Notes: generated from the letters alone by a model not told the origin. DNA of 64,000 bases from Azolla caroliniana (GCA_043228905.1 JBHGNT010000001.1:31806001-31870000); one strand, 5' to 3'. Shown: positions 38,200-52,222, counted from the first letter of the stretch. Program-made: numbers and translations.

Positions 38200-39970
38200 A
38201 AACCATAAAACTCTGTCAAGAGAAAGTCGTATGGATGTGTAGAAGTTGTAACGTACAAAAATACACTCCGGTTCTCAAAATTATGTGAGGAATTACACAC
38301 ATGAGGAATTCCATAATAACATCCACATAGCTCGAATACACCAATCACACAGTGTCAAGCAGTTATGAAATTCTATTAAAGGATAAGATTTGATATTAAC
38401 AAAATATTTACAATATTTTTGTGTACCTTAGGCTTACATCGAAAGGATTCAGGCTACAAAATTGCCATTACACCATCCCTTCTTATTACAAATGAATTAA
38501 AAATATTCATTCAAGCATAAATGATTATCTTCCTTCCCCTCCCTCCCTCAATTCATTGCTTTAAAAGCTCCTCTTATTTATGAACACGAATTACTTGCTT
38601 TCTTTTGTGTTTTATATTGCAATGTGGCTTGAGGGGCACAAATTTTCTGTTTTTTCCTTGCTAACTTGTAGGACAAAAGCCCGAAATGTGGATAGGGAAT
38701 TTCCAAACATATTCCGGTTTGTAAAAAGATTAAACACAATATGCTGATCATGAACATACCCTCCCTGAATTTCCCCTTTCTAGGCCCCTCAAAGGATACC
38801 TCCAAGTTAGATTGTGAAGAATAGGAATTTTCTTGTTTGTTATCCAAGTTAGATTGTGAAGGATACTTCCTTGTATTTTGTGTAGCTTGAAGATTCAGAT
38901 GTGGGATATCTTATGCCCCATAAGGTTTAGAGGCACTCAAATTTTAACTTAGCTCTCAATTCATGACAAATCTTAATGGCCATAGTTTCTGAATGTTGAT
39001 TAGACCTTCAAATTATATATACGACAATGATTTTTCAAACTTTGTGTTTGTGGAGTGATTCCTTTCTATCTTTTTTCCTTGCACATACGACAAAAAGGCA
39101 GGATTTGTAAACATTTTGTCTTGTTCCCTTCAATAAATGAGCCTTATATTACAAAGACAAGAAACCTTTTCCTTAAATATTTCAAAATCAATATTCTTTT
39201 TTTCTACATGAGAAAAAACTAACTACCTACTTGCATTGTCTCATTGCCCTTTACATGGAGAGAATCCACAAAATGCTTGCACGATCTTTAAAATATCTAT
39301 CACTATCTCCAAATTTGAGTGGGTAAGTGCAAAGAAGAATACAAGTGTCCTTAGGTAATTTGTAAATGCACGATGGGGAAACCAATATATACGGGAGGGT
39401 TTGTCATTACTTTGAAAACATCCATACCAAACCATCTTTAATATGAACATGTGAATATTTCTTAACAATGTAGAAAGCAGATCAACCTCAACATGTTAAA
39501 CATGTAACCTTGGGAATGGATCCCACTAAATAAATGCTCGTAAAAAATGTGATCCTATGAAGGATACACGTAAAATGGATGGGAGGGTTTCAAGCTATGT
39601 TGGGATTGATTGGAGATGTAACTCCCTTCGCAACTATTCCACCAAATTTTGTATCTCCATAACTTTGCTACCTACGATGCCATAGTATGGTGCTATTTAG
39701 AGAATAAATTAGAATTTTGTACTTCTTATATTTCTCTAAACATTATATAGTCACATGACTTCGATGCAAAGATTTGTAAAAATGGGAGCACCAACTCTAT
39801 CTTGCAATGAGGTAAGGTAAGGGCTCAATGAACAAAATCACTTGAAACACTTCTAAGTCTATGTTAGAAGACTCTTTCGAATAGAGTAAGTTGGTTATGT
39901 CTAGCTCACACCTCTTTTCCAATAATTTTCTTGCTTTGCTTTATAAAGGCTACAATTTCTCAAGGGGTCG

Positions 39971-42275
39971 CTACTTGAGCTCAGTGAGAGCATGTCGAAC
40001 TGCGGTTTGTTGTGAAGCCGAAAGCTGATTCGGAAACACGATGTGGAAATGTAGCCGAAGGTTTCCTCTCTTACTAGTGTTTTGTTTCTGAGCTTTATCA
40101 CATGTAGTGGTTGTGTCATTGGTGTGTACACAACTAGTAGTATGATCAGAAGAGAGGTAGATCGGCATGCCTTCGTGTTTAACAATCACTTCTGAACTCG
40201 GCTTCAGAACCTCGACACAAGGAACCATAAGAATTCTACCATCTAGGGTGCTTACCGGAGCTGTATAGCCGGTTAAGGCATCCACCAAAGCTACTTTCAT
40301 CACAATGATCAAGTCATGGCCTTCTCTTCTCAGCATTTCATGTGGTTTCTCCTCTATCACGAACACCACATCTGATGGCAGCATCCCTACTTTGCTGTTC
40401 CCTTTGCCTTGGAAAACCACCTTTGTACCTGCCATCCATCCGGGCTTCACTTCTATTGTCAATGTCTCTTCCACAGGCACTGTCCTTCTGAAGTTAATGA
40501 CACGGTTAAAAATAAAAAAGCTCATTAGAAAAAAAGAGTTGTTTTTTTTTAGAAAACCAGGGTGTTATCTTATGTTTAACTGTTATGGAAAATGGTTTTT
40601 TCACAACCCATTTTCTTTAACTTCCTGAAAAAGAATGATTGAAAAACAATGGTGCTATCTTTATCCCCGGGGTTAATCTACTACCCTAAGGGTTAATTAA
40701 CTAACAAATGGTCTTGCCCATAAAAAATGATTGAGAAAACAAAACAAAAAGAAGAAACAATGAAGAAATTCCAGACCTAATCTATAAAAAAGAGAGATCA
40801 CAAACCATGCACAAACCATAGGTTGAAATAACAGAAAAAGAAGATACCCATTAGCATCCGTATGGTTTCTGGTGATTTTCACTTTTCGGGTGGAGCCATT
40901 GTATAGTTCCTCGAGCGTACACAGAAGCTTGCGTTCGATCGGAGGAGCTTTGGCTGTGACGTCGGGAACAGAGCTCAATTCCAAAGCCGAATTAAAGACC
41001 TTCTCTAATGCACCTTCAAACCCAGCTCTCTTATCAGAATCAACGTCCAGTGGGCTCCCAAAGCCAAATACTTCCTGGAACACCTCACATGCATCTCTTC
41101 TGCTTGCATGTAATGCATCAAATGCAGCTTCTCCTATCTCATCATACAGTCTTCTTTTCTCAGCATTGCTCAATACCTTGACACACCAATCATGCAACAC
41201 ATATTACATGAAAAAATGCCAAAGGGAAAGTATAACACTAGCATTCAGATATCACTGACATTGAAAGAAATATGGCCTACATGCTTATTTGAATTCCTGT
41301 GATACACAGTAAGAATGAAAATACAGCCGCAAAGAAAACCTTAAAATGTAGTATACGGAACCACAATATACCTTGGCCATAGAGATGGTGGTTGCAAAGA
41401 CATCCATATTGTTCAAGAAAGGCCAAAATCAAACCAAAAATGATAACCAGTGGCTGAAGATCCTTCACAACCAAGAAACCAAAGTGCTAATAGACCTTAT
41501 TGAACTTATGAATATGAATACCTTGTTTCATTGGCACATCCACTGTCCACATGTCCCACAGGTATGGCAAGTGACATCTCATGCAAATTTCATAAGTGAA
41601 TTGTTATATAAGCTAATAGAAAATGAATCATCACTCCCTCAGCAAATCCACATCACTACAAGTGACAAGTGACAATTTCTGGCATTGTCACAGTAATTCT
41701 ATATGTAATGCTCTATTTAAGAATATCCAAAAGAAAAACTATTCCTTTACAGCCACCCTTTCGTGGTCTATCTTTCTTTCAGGATCAAGGATATCAGTTG
41801 TCCTAGAAGTACAAAGTATAAATCCACGGTTATGAGACAAGGAAAGGAGCATCTTTCTTAGACATGAAGGCTCTTAAATGAAATAAAATTCCTTTGCCAG
41901 CATGTACGGAATGAACTTGATTTAGGTCCCTATACAAGATCCAAGAATGTGGTAGAAATTTCTCTCTTATGATTAAAATTATATCAGGTAATTTGTGAAA
42001 ACAATAATGTTAATTCTTCAACTGATAACATATATCCACGCAAAGTCTATGCATGTATGTCTGCAAAATGGCGATGAATAGTATTTGTTTGCTGTCTGCA
42101 ATACCTCATACGCAACTGTGATGTTCTTAAAACGATCGTTAGCTATTTCTTTGTCTTCAGAATGAATGTCAGGATGCCATTTCATAGCCAGTTTCCGATA
42201 GGCTCTCTTCACCTCATCTTCAGATGCTGATTTGCGTACTTTCAATACTCCATAATAGTCAACTCCCATGCCCAT
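39971..42275 (-). CDS. Class B (type II) DnaJ/Hsp40 co-chaperone, 3 exons
   Basis: Exons 42275-42105, 41176-40848, 40487-39971. J domain MGVDYY..LKV...AYRKLAMKWHPD. C-terminal domain KAPPIERKLLCTLEELYNG, LTIEVKPGWMAGTKVVF, EKPHEMLRREGHDL, EGMPI...RGNLRLHFHIVFP. No zinc finger. Confidence 0.95.
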
Positions 42276-42695
42276 CCTCTTGAATTTCTTGAGCCTCTAT
42301 TTCAGTTATTAATGATTATAAGTTCAGATCATCTTATCATCTCTCAAACAATAAATCGCAATTAATACATGATTGTACATAGATGACAAAGACCACTTAA
42401 AGCACATGTTGAGACTCTTTGCTATGTTTGGGGTTACAACATAAAACCCTATATGATGTGGTAGATTTTAGCCTAGGATTACCGTATTTCATCTTTTCTA
42501 TTCAAGATGGCCATCGATCACATTGTAAAAATCCATGTGTCATTATTCATAGAGGTGGATTCAATGACAGATAGTATATACATTGAACCATAAATAGGTG
42601 AGCCATCATTTGGTGTTGTATTTAACTGTGAACAAGCATGAAATGTTAAAAAGAAAGTGTTCCTCAATAAGAAAGAAAGATTCAAGAGAATATAA

Positions 42696-42696
42696 T

Positions 42697-42730
<34 letters not shown>
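42696..42730. repeat. (CA)n(TA)n microsatellite
   Basis: acacacac...atatatatat. Confidence 0.9.
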
Positions 42731-43232
42731 GAAGGGCAGTTCTTATAGTTCATGTTGATTGTTTAAGACAGCCTGCAGAAAACATGTTGCAGCCAAACTC
42801 AGAACATCAATACTTAAATCATTCAAATAATTGATCCAACATTGAGTTGAGAAAAAGGAGACATGGACACCAGAGATGACAATGAATGATATTAAACCCT
42901 TTCCCAACAGCTTTATATCATTCCATTGAAACCCTTCCAAATGTTTTCTTATTTACCATAAAATCAAACCTGGTTTAATGAGTAAACAGCCCTACGTGTG
43001 TAGAAATCGTGGTAAGAGTACTAATGCCACACGCTTCAAAGGAACCACTAGTTTTGTATTTACATGGTAAAAAGATGATGCAATTAGAGTAACGGTATTT
43101 TCTCTGAGGTAAAGGGAGGCCCAAAATAAATGATGTTTAACATAAGGGGACTTTTATGGCAAATGATGTGTTTGCAGAATTGGACAAAACAAAAACAGCT
43201 GCTTTAATTTCTATGGTGTGCGTATGGAAACC

Positions 43233-43306
43233 GACAGACAGAGACAGAGACAGAGACAGAGACAGAGAGACATACCTGTGTCTGTGTCTGTGTCTGTGGC
43301 TGTGCA
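43233..43306. repeat. (GACAGA)n followed by (TCTGTG)n simple repeats, forming an imperfect inverted pair
   Basis: gacagacagagacagagacaga...cctgtgtctgtgtctgtgtctgtg. Confidence 0.8.
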
Positions 43307-44009
43307 GAGAGGGTGGTTGGTAGTTATGTATCTATGATTCAAAAGGCCTTATTGCTTTTTCAATCCAGAAAGCAAATACGTAAGCAAATCATTATGTATT
43401 GTGTATTGCAACAAATCATATTGTGGATTGCAAGTTGCAAGAAAGATGGGTGCACCCCGGATAAATGTATAGACAGACGTATATATATACATACATACAC
43501 CAAAAAGGAGGAATAAAAGATATTGTGTGGACCCACAACGGAGAACACTACCCTCCAAACTTCTTGCCTTGCTTTTCACAATAAGAAGCCCTTTCCCATA
43601 ATCGTACAAAGCAATCATCACTAAGCTCTATACATATCCCATGAGATGACTACATGTGCTAATATTCATGATCTTACATCCCTTACATTGCAAGTTATTA
43701 TAGAAAATTACATGATTAGTATGTACATTAAAACATTAAAAGTGAAACATAGTACCATTCCATTGTCAAGAAAAGCAATTATAAACTAGAAAACATACCA
43801 ATTTGTAACTACTTGAGACAAGCACTTTTTTCCCAACATCTATTTGCTTATCCTCTTTTATCTTTGAAGTATTGCGAATTCCATATATATCAACGACATT
43901 TCACAATAACTTTTCAAATTGCTCATAGTTCTAACAAAATTAATGCATACAAAAAAGAGAAAAAAGTTAAGACAAAGACATTTTCAAGGTCAAATACCTA
44001 CCTCTAAAT

Positions 44010-44192
44010 CAATCTCATCATTGATGTTTCTTGATCAAACAACATAGAGAAAGACCAACACAATCATAATCCAAAAGCTTCTACTTTAATCAAAACGTGA
44101 ATTTACAATCTCATCATTGATGTTTCTTGATCAAACAACATAGAGAAAGACCAACACAATCATAATCCAAAAGCTTCTACTTTAATCAAAAC
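44010..44192. repeat. Near-perfect ~87-bp duplication (period 96 bp) downstream of transaldolase
   Basis: caatctcatcattgatgtttcttgatcaaacaacatagagaaagaccaacacaatcataatccaaaagcttctactttaatcaaaac at 44010 and 44106. Confidence 0.92.
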
Positions 44193-44632
44193 CAAATCAT
44201 GTGGCTACAATTACAAAAGTTTGTGTATGTACAAAACCAAATCATGTGTTTACTTTATTGCACCGGAGGATGTGAATACTTACCTTTCCTATTTGGGGTA
44301 TTATTGTTTGTTAGACCATAGCTCTTTGGTTTTTCATTTGCAAATCAATTGTGTATGAGAATATAATCAAACATGTTTCAAGACATTGAAGCGTTCAAAC
44401 AAAAATCTTAACTTCCATTTTCGTGATGCTATATAACATTAAATATGTAAACTTGTGGCATAATACAACTTTATAACACAAATAAAGTTTCAAATGATGT
44501 TTAACAATGTTCCTGCAGTTCACTAATAATAGCTCTCTGTTAAGCTCGTAACACATGACCTTGAGGTTATCACTAATTTTTCTTTTGATATAAAGATGAT
44601 GTCTTCATTATCCCAAGATTCCAAATTTATCA

Positions 44633-47600
44633 TCATAGTGCTTTCCCAGAAAGCACTGCAGCTTTCCTTCCTAAACTTAGAAGAAGATCATCAAAGCTCT
44701 TGCTAAAGGATTCAACTCCTTCGATCTCCAACAAAGACCCAACATCAGACCATTGGATACCCAATTTTTCAATAGTGTCATAGACTTTACGCGCTTCCTC
44801 ATAATCCACATCAATGGTCCTTGCAACCTTGCCATGGTCTATGAAGGCCTCTAGGGCAGCATCCGGCATTGTCGAAACCTGGAGAAATATACATATAGCA
44901 ATCAAAACTCAACTCTATCTAATTCTAAAAGATAGGTCTGGTGGGCCGTTGACCTAGTGTCCTGTCCAGAGTTTATTTCCCAGAATATTGAAAAAAATGC
45001 TAGACAGCAACTTCCCACATCTTTCCTAAGATCCTATAAAGCAGACTCTTATTATCTTTCTCAAGATTTTTATATCATTTTATAACATTTCAAAAACTTC
45101 TGTATCTTTCTACAAACTCATCTAGTCTAAGATTCTTCATATTCGTGACATTCATCCCAACCCTTCGGAAAAAAGAAGCTCCAAATGACTTGCTATAAAA
45201 CCACAGAAGATAATGTGTTGAAACTTACAGTATCTGGACCAATGAGAGGAGAAACATATAGTGTGTCTGGGTAAGCAGGGTTTTTCACACTAGTGGATGC
45301 CCATAGTAGCCGTTGCTTCTGTGCTCCACGAGATTTGAGAGCTTCCCACCTTGGGCCAGAAAACTTCTCTTCGTAAAGCTTATATGCTAGAGCAGCTTGT
45401 GCTAAAGCAGCCTAGTTCATAAAAGACACCATTTAAATAAGTCTTTTCAATTGTCTGGCATTAGGTATAAATGTAGACACCTTTATTTATAGAGGAAAGG
45501 GGCAAACCTTGCCTCGCAGTGCCAAGGCCTCCTCTGTTCCAATTTCTTCAAGTCTTTTATCAATCAGAGTATCAACTCGACTTACAAAGAATGAAGCTAC
45601 ACTTGCTATCTTGGAAAGGTCCGAACCCCCATAAGCTTCCAAACCTTCTAAATAGGCTTCAATAACAGCCTCATATCTTGGCAAAGAGAATATCAACTAG
45701 AGAAGTGAAGTTATTGGTTAGTGCTTTGCCAATGTTATAGATGATTATCTGAAGTCCAAACTTCACATGTTTCATGCTGGATCCTTCTCTAAAATATTTT
45801 TATATGCTTGATCAAATGTTATTTACTCCAATGAAAATGAGATTAAGGAATAAATTATAGGTTTCTTTTAAAAATATTTAAGGTCAAAAAGTGATTCATT
45901 AATCTCATTCTGAGGCCAAAAAATGAACTCGGGAAGCGATTAGAGATTTCTCGCTTCTCTCTAAGCAAAATCTCTTATCATCATCTGGCTTTACATATAT
46001 TCTTTTCATTAGAAGAGGAAATCACTCTTTGACCCAGCATACAGAAATGGTTTATAGAAAGACCTTTTCACTACTGTGCAATATTTTTCATCAAAAAGAC
46101 TCACCGTCACATTCACACTAATTCCCAATGATATGACTGTCTTAATTGAATGAATACACTCTGCAGTGGCCGGGATTTTTATGTGAACATTCGGTTGGTT
46201 GACCACTCTGTGCAACCATTTTGCTGCTTCAATAGTATCCTCTGTTTCGTGTGCAAGCTTGGGTGAGACTTCTACTGAGACGTAGCCATCTTCACTCTTG
46301 CTCTCTTCGTAAATGCCATGAAAAAGTTTACAAGCATCTTGTATATCCTTAACAACCAAGGCCCAATATGCTTCTTCTACACTTTTGCCTTCCTCAATCA
46401 GCTGCCTGTATGATAACTCAAGAAACACATCATAACCTAGCATGTAAAGGATTACATCTATTTGTTGGTGATTTCAAACTATCTAAGCCCTAATAAAGCT
46501 CACCAATGATCATATATCAGCAATCTGAATCACTAAACCCTAAAACTTTACCCATCATCAAATTCCATCTACCTAAACCCGAACATAAACCTTCACCCAT
46601 GTCAGAAACCTACCTGAATTGTTCATCATATGCATTTGAAGAAGATATAGCTTTCTGAAAAATCTGAAACACAGGAAACATATATAACAGAGGATGTCTC
46701 GTATGCTAAAAAAGTAATGAGATGGCTAAAGAAAGGAAAAACATGAAGTGAATGGAAACTTTGGGATACCGTAGGATTGCTTGTTACACCTCGAACTCCT
46801 CGTTCAATCAATGGCTTCAGATCGGTAACAGGTCTTCGAAGATTATCATACCACGGACTCTGTTTCTGCCCGTCATACAATTCATGTAGGAGGGTCTTCT
46901 TAGAAGTCTTAGCCCCGTCATCATTAAGTATCACAGACCGTACTCTGCATGTATGACATAGTTTTCATTCATACAAAATCCATAGAACTTTAATGAGATA
47001 CTAAAACTCACTATCCCCTTTAGGCAGCAAATATAGGTGTGTTAATTATTCATATACATTGCTTCATGGGTTCATACAAGAGCCAAATTATTTGTATCCA
47101 TTTAGTGTTTACGAAATACATAAATGATAGAGTAACCATCTATGCATAAAATTGATTCATACCATCTATGCATAAAATTGATTCATACCAATTATGAGAT
47201 AGACCATATGTAAGTGTAGTTCATGAGATTTCATACCGTAACTATGGGTTCATACAAGAGCCAAATTATTTGTATCCATTTAGTGTTTACGAAATACATA
47301 AATGATATAGAGTAACCATCTATGCATAAAATTGATTCATACCAATTATGAGATAGACCATATGTAAGTGTAGTTCATGAGATTTCATACCGTAACTATG
47401 GGTTCATACAAGAGCCAAATTATTTGTATCCATTTAGTGTTTACGAAATACATAAATGATATAGAGTAACCATCTATGCATAAAATTTATTCATACCAAT
47501 TATGAGATAGGTCATATGTAAGTGTAGTTCATGAGATTTCATACCGTAACTATCCATAGTCTGTCTAAAAAACAACTATAAGTGTAGTTTGAGGTTTCAT

Positions 47601-47941
47601 ACAGTAACTTTCCATGCCCTGTCTAAAAAACAACTATAAACCTAAACCAGGTTTATGCATATCCATAGAAAATCAATTACAATGTTTATGACTTAAACCA
47701 GTTTTACACACATCTATGATAAGTTCAAATATGAATAAATAGGGAGGCAGTCTCCCTAGAGACTAAGCACAAACCTTAAATTTTTCCATCTTGCAGCTGT
47801 GCTGTGGATACTGATTCGTGAAGTCAGATTGTTAACCTCAAGGGATCTACCTTTGAGAAAAAAAACTGATTTTGGTGACATACCAGCAGGATGGCTTCCC
47901 ATTCTCTCTGTGGTGAAAGCACTGCTTCTTAAGCATGCCAT
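44633..47941 (-). CDS. TAL: Plastid-targeted transaldolase (type 2), 7 coding exons
   Basis: Exons 47941-47775, 46944-46770, 46663-46614, 46405-46105, 45696-45508, 45411-45229, 44878-44633. Ser/Arg-rich transit-like N-terminus. Motifs [34 protein letters not shown], catalytic Lys in [39 protein letters not shown] probable 5'-UTR intron spans ~48637-47954. Confidence 0.96.
47066..47551. repeat. Minisatellite, 3 x ~154 bp, in transaldolase intron 1
   Basis: Units begin atgggttcatacaagagccaaatt at 47066, 47244 and 47398. Unit 1 carries an internal ~26-bp duplication. Confidence 0.93.
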
Positions 47942-49679
47942 TTTGATATCAAACTGCAGGAACAAAAACTTAGAAATTCAATTGAAACAGAGGAAAATCA
48001 ACATGGTGGAGAAAATCAAATGATATTATAGCATCAGACCATGCAACCCAAAATGTATTTTGATACAATATGTGAGACTTAATTCCCAAAATCCCAGTAG
48101 AAGTAAGTATAATCAGGATAGTTTTTTACGCACTTAATCATATGCTTCAGTTATGCACTGAAATTGCACAACCCCATTTACACACCATATATTTTAATGG
48201 CTAGAATTACTTTAGTGGTGGCAACGGAAATAAGAGAAATCCAGTTTCTATTGTACAAATTACTTCAAACTTAAAGTCCAAAAATCTATTCAATTTTAAT
48301 TTCTCAATCCATTTTGCAAGTGAGAATAATAAGATCTGAAAAATAAGCTGTTCCTGGCATCCGATTATATCATATTAAGAAAACTCAAGTATTCTATTTT
48401 ACACATTACAAGAAAAGTTTACGAACTAAAAGAACAAGAAACCCAAAAAAATATATCTTACGGGCCATATAAAAAAATTTACGGCCTACTAAATAAGAAT
48501 CCCAAATTCCAGACAAGAAGAAATAAAAGTCAGTTTCTTGCGTCAGATCGTAATCAAGAACCGAAATATCTCCTTGAATCAGAGCGCAGAAATTTTGCTT
48601 TTGAAAAGATATTAACATTAAATGGCTAAAATCCGACCTGGAAGAGTTAGATCGAAATACTGCAGCGAATTCTGTGCGCGCGCGCGTGATGGAATCTTCT
48701 CAAACAGAGTTCAACCAAAAGAGAGCACGGCACCTTCTACTGTCTACTAAGTAAAATGAACGGAAATAAAGGATGATTCGTGGTGTTTTGAGCATGCAAA
48801 AGAAGAAGGGAAACAGGTTTTGGCAACAAACGTGAAGACGTGGGTTTATATTGTGGCGTGTCCTGTCCAGTCCTGACTCCTAATGTTCATCCTTCAACAC
48901 TTCATGTCGGTTTGGTTTATGTACTACAAACAAAAAATTATTACTATGCATGTCTTTGGATGTAATGGAATTCCCTACACATTCTCTCGTTGATGGCCAT
49001 GAAAATCGATGGTGCCCGCTACTTGCCCAAATGCGTATATCCAATATCCAGCACACAAACCCAAGGAAGGCCGTTCTAGGTTTTGTACTTGATTGGTTGG
49101 GAGTACTCACTCGTTGATGACAAAAAAGTGAGCTAAGGGAGAAAGCATTCATTCACTTGTGGGTTGTGGGACCTTTTTTGTGACCGATGAAAGTAGAGCA
49201 AGAACAATCAACATTTGGTCTCGTTGTCCCTTCTCTTGAGTGATTTATTGGTTTTGTGGGTATATTATATTTTCTCTACAATAGCATCTCACCACTCTCG
49301 TGCTGCAAGCTAGTCGTGATCGTTATCCTGATGATGCTTTATAATCGCAAACTTGGTTGTGCATGCGCTTAAAGTGTGTTATTTGCAATCACTCACTACT
49401 CATTGGCTCCGTAATTGTTGTTTGTAATAAATTGAGTATGGTGTGTGCATTGTATAGATTATTATAATCAACCTAAAGAAGTGATGTTAAGGGGTGTGTG
49501 AATATATATACATTAATATTAAGGAAAAGGTTGAATTCCGATGTGTATAACTACATGATTTCAACTTGAGTAGGCCTATAAGTCACTCAAAAGTTTTGTT
49601 TTATGAGCATGTGGAGTGCATTCATGAAGCATTAGTTTGGATATAACTCATGCTTGACAAAGAGAACATGCTTTGGGTA

Positions 49680-50135
49680 GAAGCAAATCATGAGGGGATG
49701 AGGAACCATTATTCACTTGTTTTTGTTGTTATTTGTATAGGTCAGAGGTGGTATTCGGCGAGATGGTGGATGTGGTTTGATTGAAGCAATTTCTTTGTTT
49801 TTAGGAGTGACGATGGTGCGGGGGAACGAAGCAAATCATGAGGGGATGAGGAACAATTTCTCATTTTTGTTGATTCATTGCACAGGACATTGGTGGTATT
49901 CGGCGAGATGGTGGATGTGAACTAAAGGAAGCAATGTGTCTGTTTTAGGAGTGATGATGGTGGGGGGGATCGAAGCAGCTCGTGAGGGGATGAGGAATTT
50001 TTTCACTTATTTTGTTGTTAATTCCACAGGACATTGGTGGCATTCGGGGAGATGGTGGAGGTGGATTGAATGAAGCAATTTGGTTGTTTTTAGGAGTGAT
50101 GATGGTGAGGGGGCCGAAGCACATCATGAAGGGAG
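49680..50135. repeat. Diverged tandem array, ~3.2 x ~145 bp
   Basis: gaagcaaatcatgaggggatgaggaa...ggtggtattcggcgagatggtgga...tttaggagtga(c/t)gatggtg units at ~49680, 49828 and 49972, with a partial unit at 50116. Confidence 0.85.
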
Positions 50136-50204
50136 AGTGAATAAGTTGTGGGGATTGAAGCAAATGGGGTGAGAGGTGGAGATTAGTATAGTACATTTCA
50201 TTTT

Positions 50205-50493
50205 CATGGTCTGTTTTTTTCTCCCCATAGTTTTTACAAATGCTGGAATCAGTTCAGATATGTTTGCAACTGTTTCTGTTGGGATGGTGAATCTTCTTAC
50301 AACTCCACACCTGACACATATGATTGGAAAGACGGAGGACATGGAATATCATGTGAAATATAAGTTTTCTATGGAGTTCTGTTCTAAGAGCCCGAAATTT
50401 TGTTTTCTGCAGCAGATCACTGGAATCAATGTTGTGTTTTATGGCTGTTTTTTTCCCAACAGTTTTTACAAATGCTAGAATCAGTTCAGATAT
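50205..50493 (+). pseudogene. Scrambled fragments of an MFS sugar-porter gene (TM7-TM8, pGlcT-like)
   Basis: LQQITGINVVFY at 50407-50442 is the sugar-porter QQxxGIN motif. FF..IVFTNAGISSDMFATVSVGMVNLL at ~50214-50298 resembles the segment that follows it. A ~52-bp stretch (agtttttacaaatgct.gaatcagttcagatat) occurs twice, and the second copy is frameshifted. Confidence 0.7.
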
Positions 50494-52080
50494 ACTGGTG
50501 GAGATGAAACAATATTATGTACTATTTGTATACTGCCTTCGAGCTTTTTATTAATACCAATGGAGCATATGTTTTATGGTAACATGCTTTGGGTATTCTT
50601 GTACTAATATCAATATGTGGGGTTGATATAGAGATATGTCATATGATGCATCATGTATTAGTTATAGTTCATCTTCAAGTTTACCATGTTAACCTTAGGG
50701 TGGAGGTGGAGTTTATAAGGATATATTATAACACATGATTACTAAATGTACTTCATAATAATATAAGTTATAACTATACACACAAAAAGAAGACGAGACA
50801 ATATAATTCTTAAAATAATGTGCATGTATCACAAAAGGATGAGGACTTCCATGTGAATTAGAATAGCAAGCCATGATCGCTAGATTATGACCAAAATTGC
50901 GTCGAATGGGATTAAACACCTAGGTCCTAGATCAAGGTTGAAAGTTGAAACTTTAGATGGGCATGTGGGGCCCAAAATGTATTGACTAAATAGCTCCAAG
51001 TTTATCATCACTTTCATACACATATTACCCCCCTTATTACGTGTCAACAACATTAGATAGAAGATCATGCATGACGTCAAATGATTTGATGGACTTTCAC
51101 AAAAGATTACCAATATATACATAATACTCCCAATATTATGCATGTATCATTATATACGTGAATAAATAAATAAATAAATACACATATATCAACTTTCCTT
51201 TGACCCAAATGTCAAGCATGAATTCGAACTAAATAATGAGTGTAATAGCCTTCTACTTCCCTTTCAGAAAGGAGTTATTGTGACGTCCAATATGAGCGAG
51301 TGATGATGGATGGGATGACGTCACTCCAAAACATGGGATGACATCGCTCCAAAGAGTCAACCTTATTCCCTTCACATTCTCTCCTTAAGTGTCTATCCCC
51401 CCAACCTATAGGAATACATTCATTATAACACACAAAATCTAATTGATCGTTATTATCATTATATAATCGATTAAAGTGTTATGAAACATTGTAAGGCTAT
51501 ACACACAAGATATACCACAAACCCCCATTTTTCTAAATTCTACCCATCAACTTAAATAAATACTTTGGTGCCAACTAAAACCACTCCACCTTCCATTCTT
51601 TGGCATCATTGCCATTTTCTTGTAGTGCAAAGAAACAATGTTTGTTGCGTGCATCATTCCAAGATGAGGGTGTGCCACTTATAAGTGTTTTTTGGTTCAC
51701 TTTTCATACATTGTGTAATAAACAATTTAATTTGATCTTGATTCGACCCTAGGAAGTCTTGAGATTGGGCCATGTGATGTTTCATGGCAAGTGGAAAGTC
51801 GCAGTTTATAAAGTCACTTTAACAAGTGAGGCCCCAAACATATTCACTTAAAAAAAAGGTTGTTAGCCTCGATAAGTGAGGGGGTGAAGATTTGTAAGCC
51901 TCAATCAACATCATGAGAACAAACAAAACCTCTTATTTGACAATTATGACTCGAAATCGCAAGAAGAACAAACGAGCAACATGAGGGTGTGAGGACGTGC
52001 AAAGAGCTTAGCCGAGATATTTAAATAAAAGCTCACTAGTAGTGTGCCAAGAGAGGAATACATTGGGAGCTTTGTAAATA

Positions 52081-52222
52081 TGGAAAATAAGTGTTCTCTA
52101 AGGAAACCAGAGTATATATATAATATATGTATAAATAAATGGGAATCTCACTATTCGATTGGAAATAAGTGTTCTCTAAGGAAACCAGAGTATTATGTCT
52201 TATGTATAAATAAACGGGAATC
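52081..52222. repeat. ~79-bp tandem duplication upstream of the ABCG gene
   Basis: aaataagtgttctctaaggaaaccagagtat...tatgtataaataaa(t/c)gggaatct twice. Confidence 0.85.

Noticed and set aside
37995-38348. ORFs spanning the N run
   Set aside because: Artefacts of the assembly gap.
44958-45150. TGTC...GACA segment with TATAAA in a transaldolase intron as a solo LTR
   Set aside because: It is short, has no TSD and has no second copy in the window.
46763-46769. Transaldolase donor GTATCCC resembling a U12 donor
   Set aside because: It deviates from GTATCCTT and I see no TCCTTAAC-type branch point near the acceptor.
47066-50135. CRISPR-like arrays
   Set aside because: The units are long contiguous tandem repeats without unique spacers, in a eukaryotic context with no cas genes.
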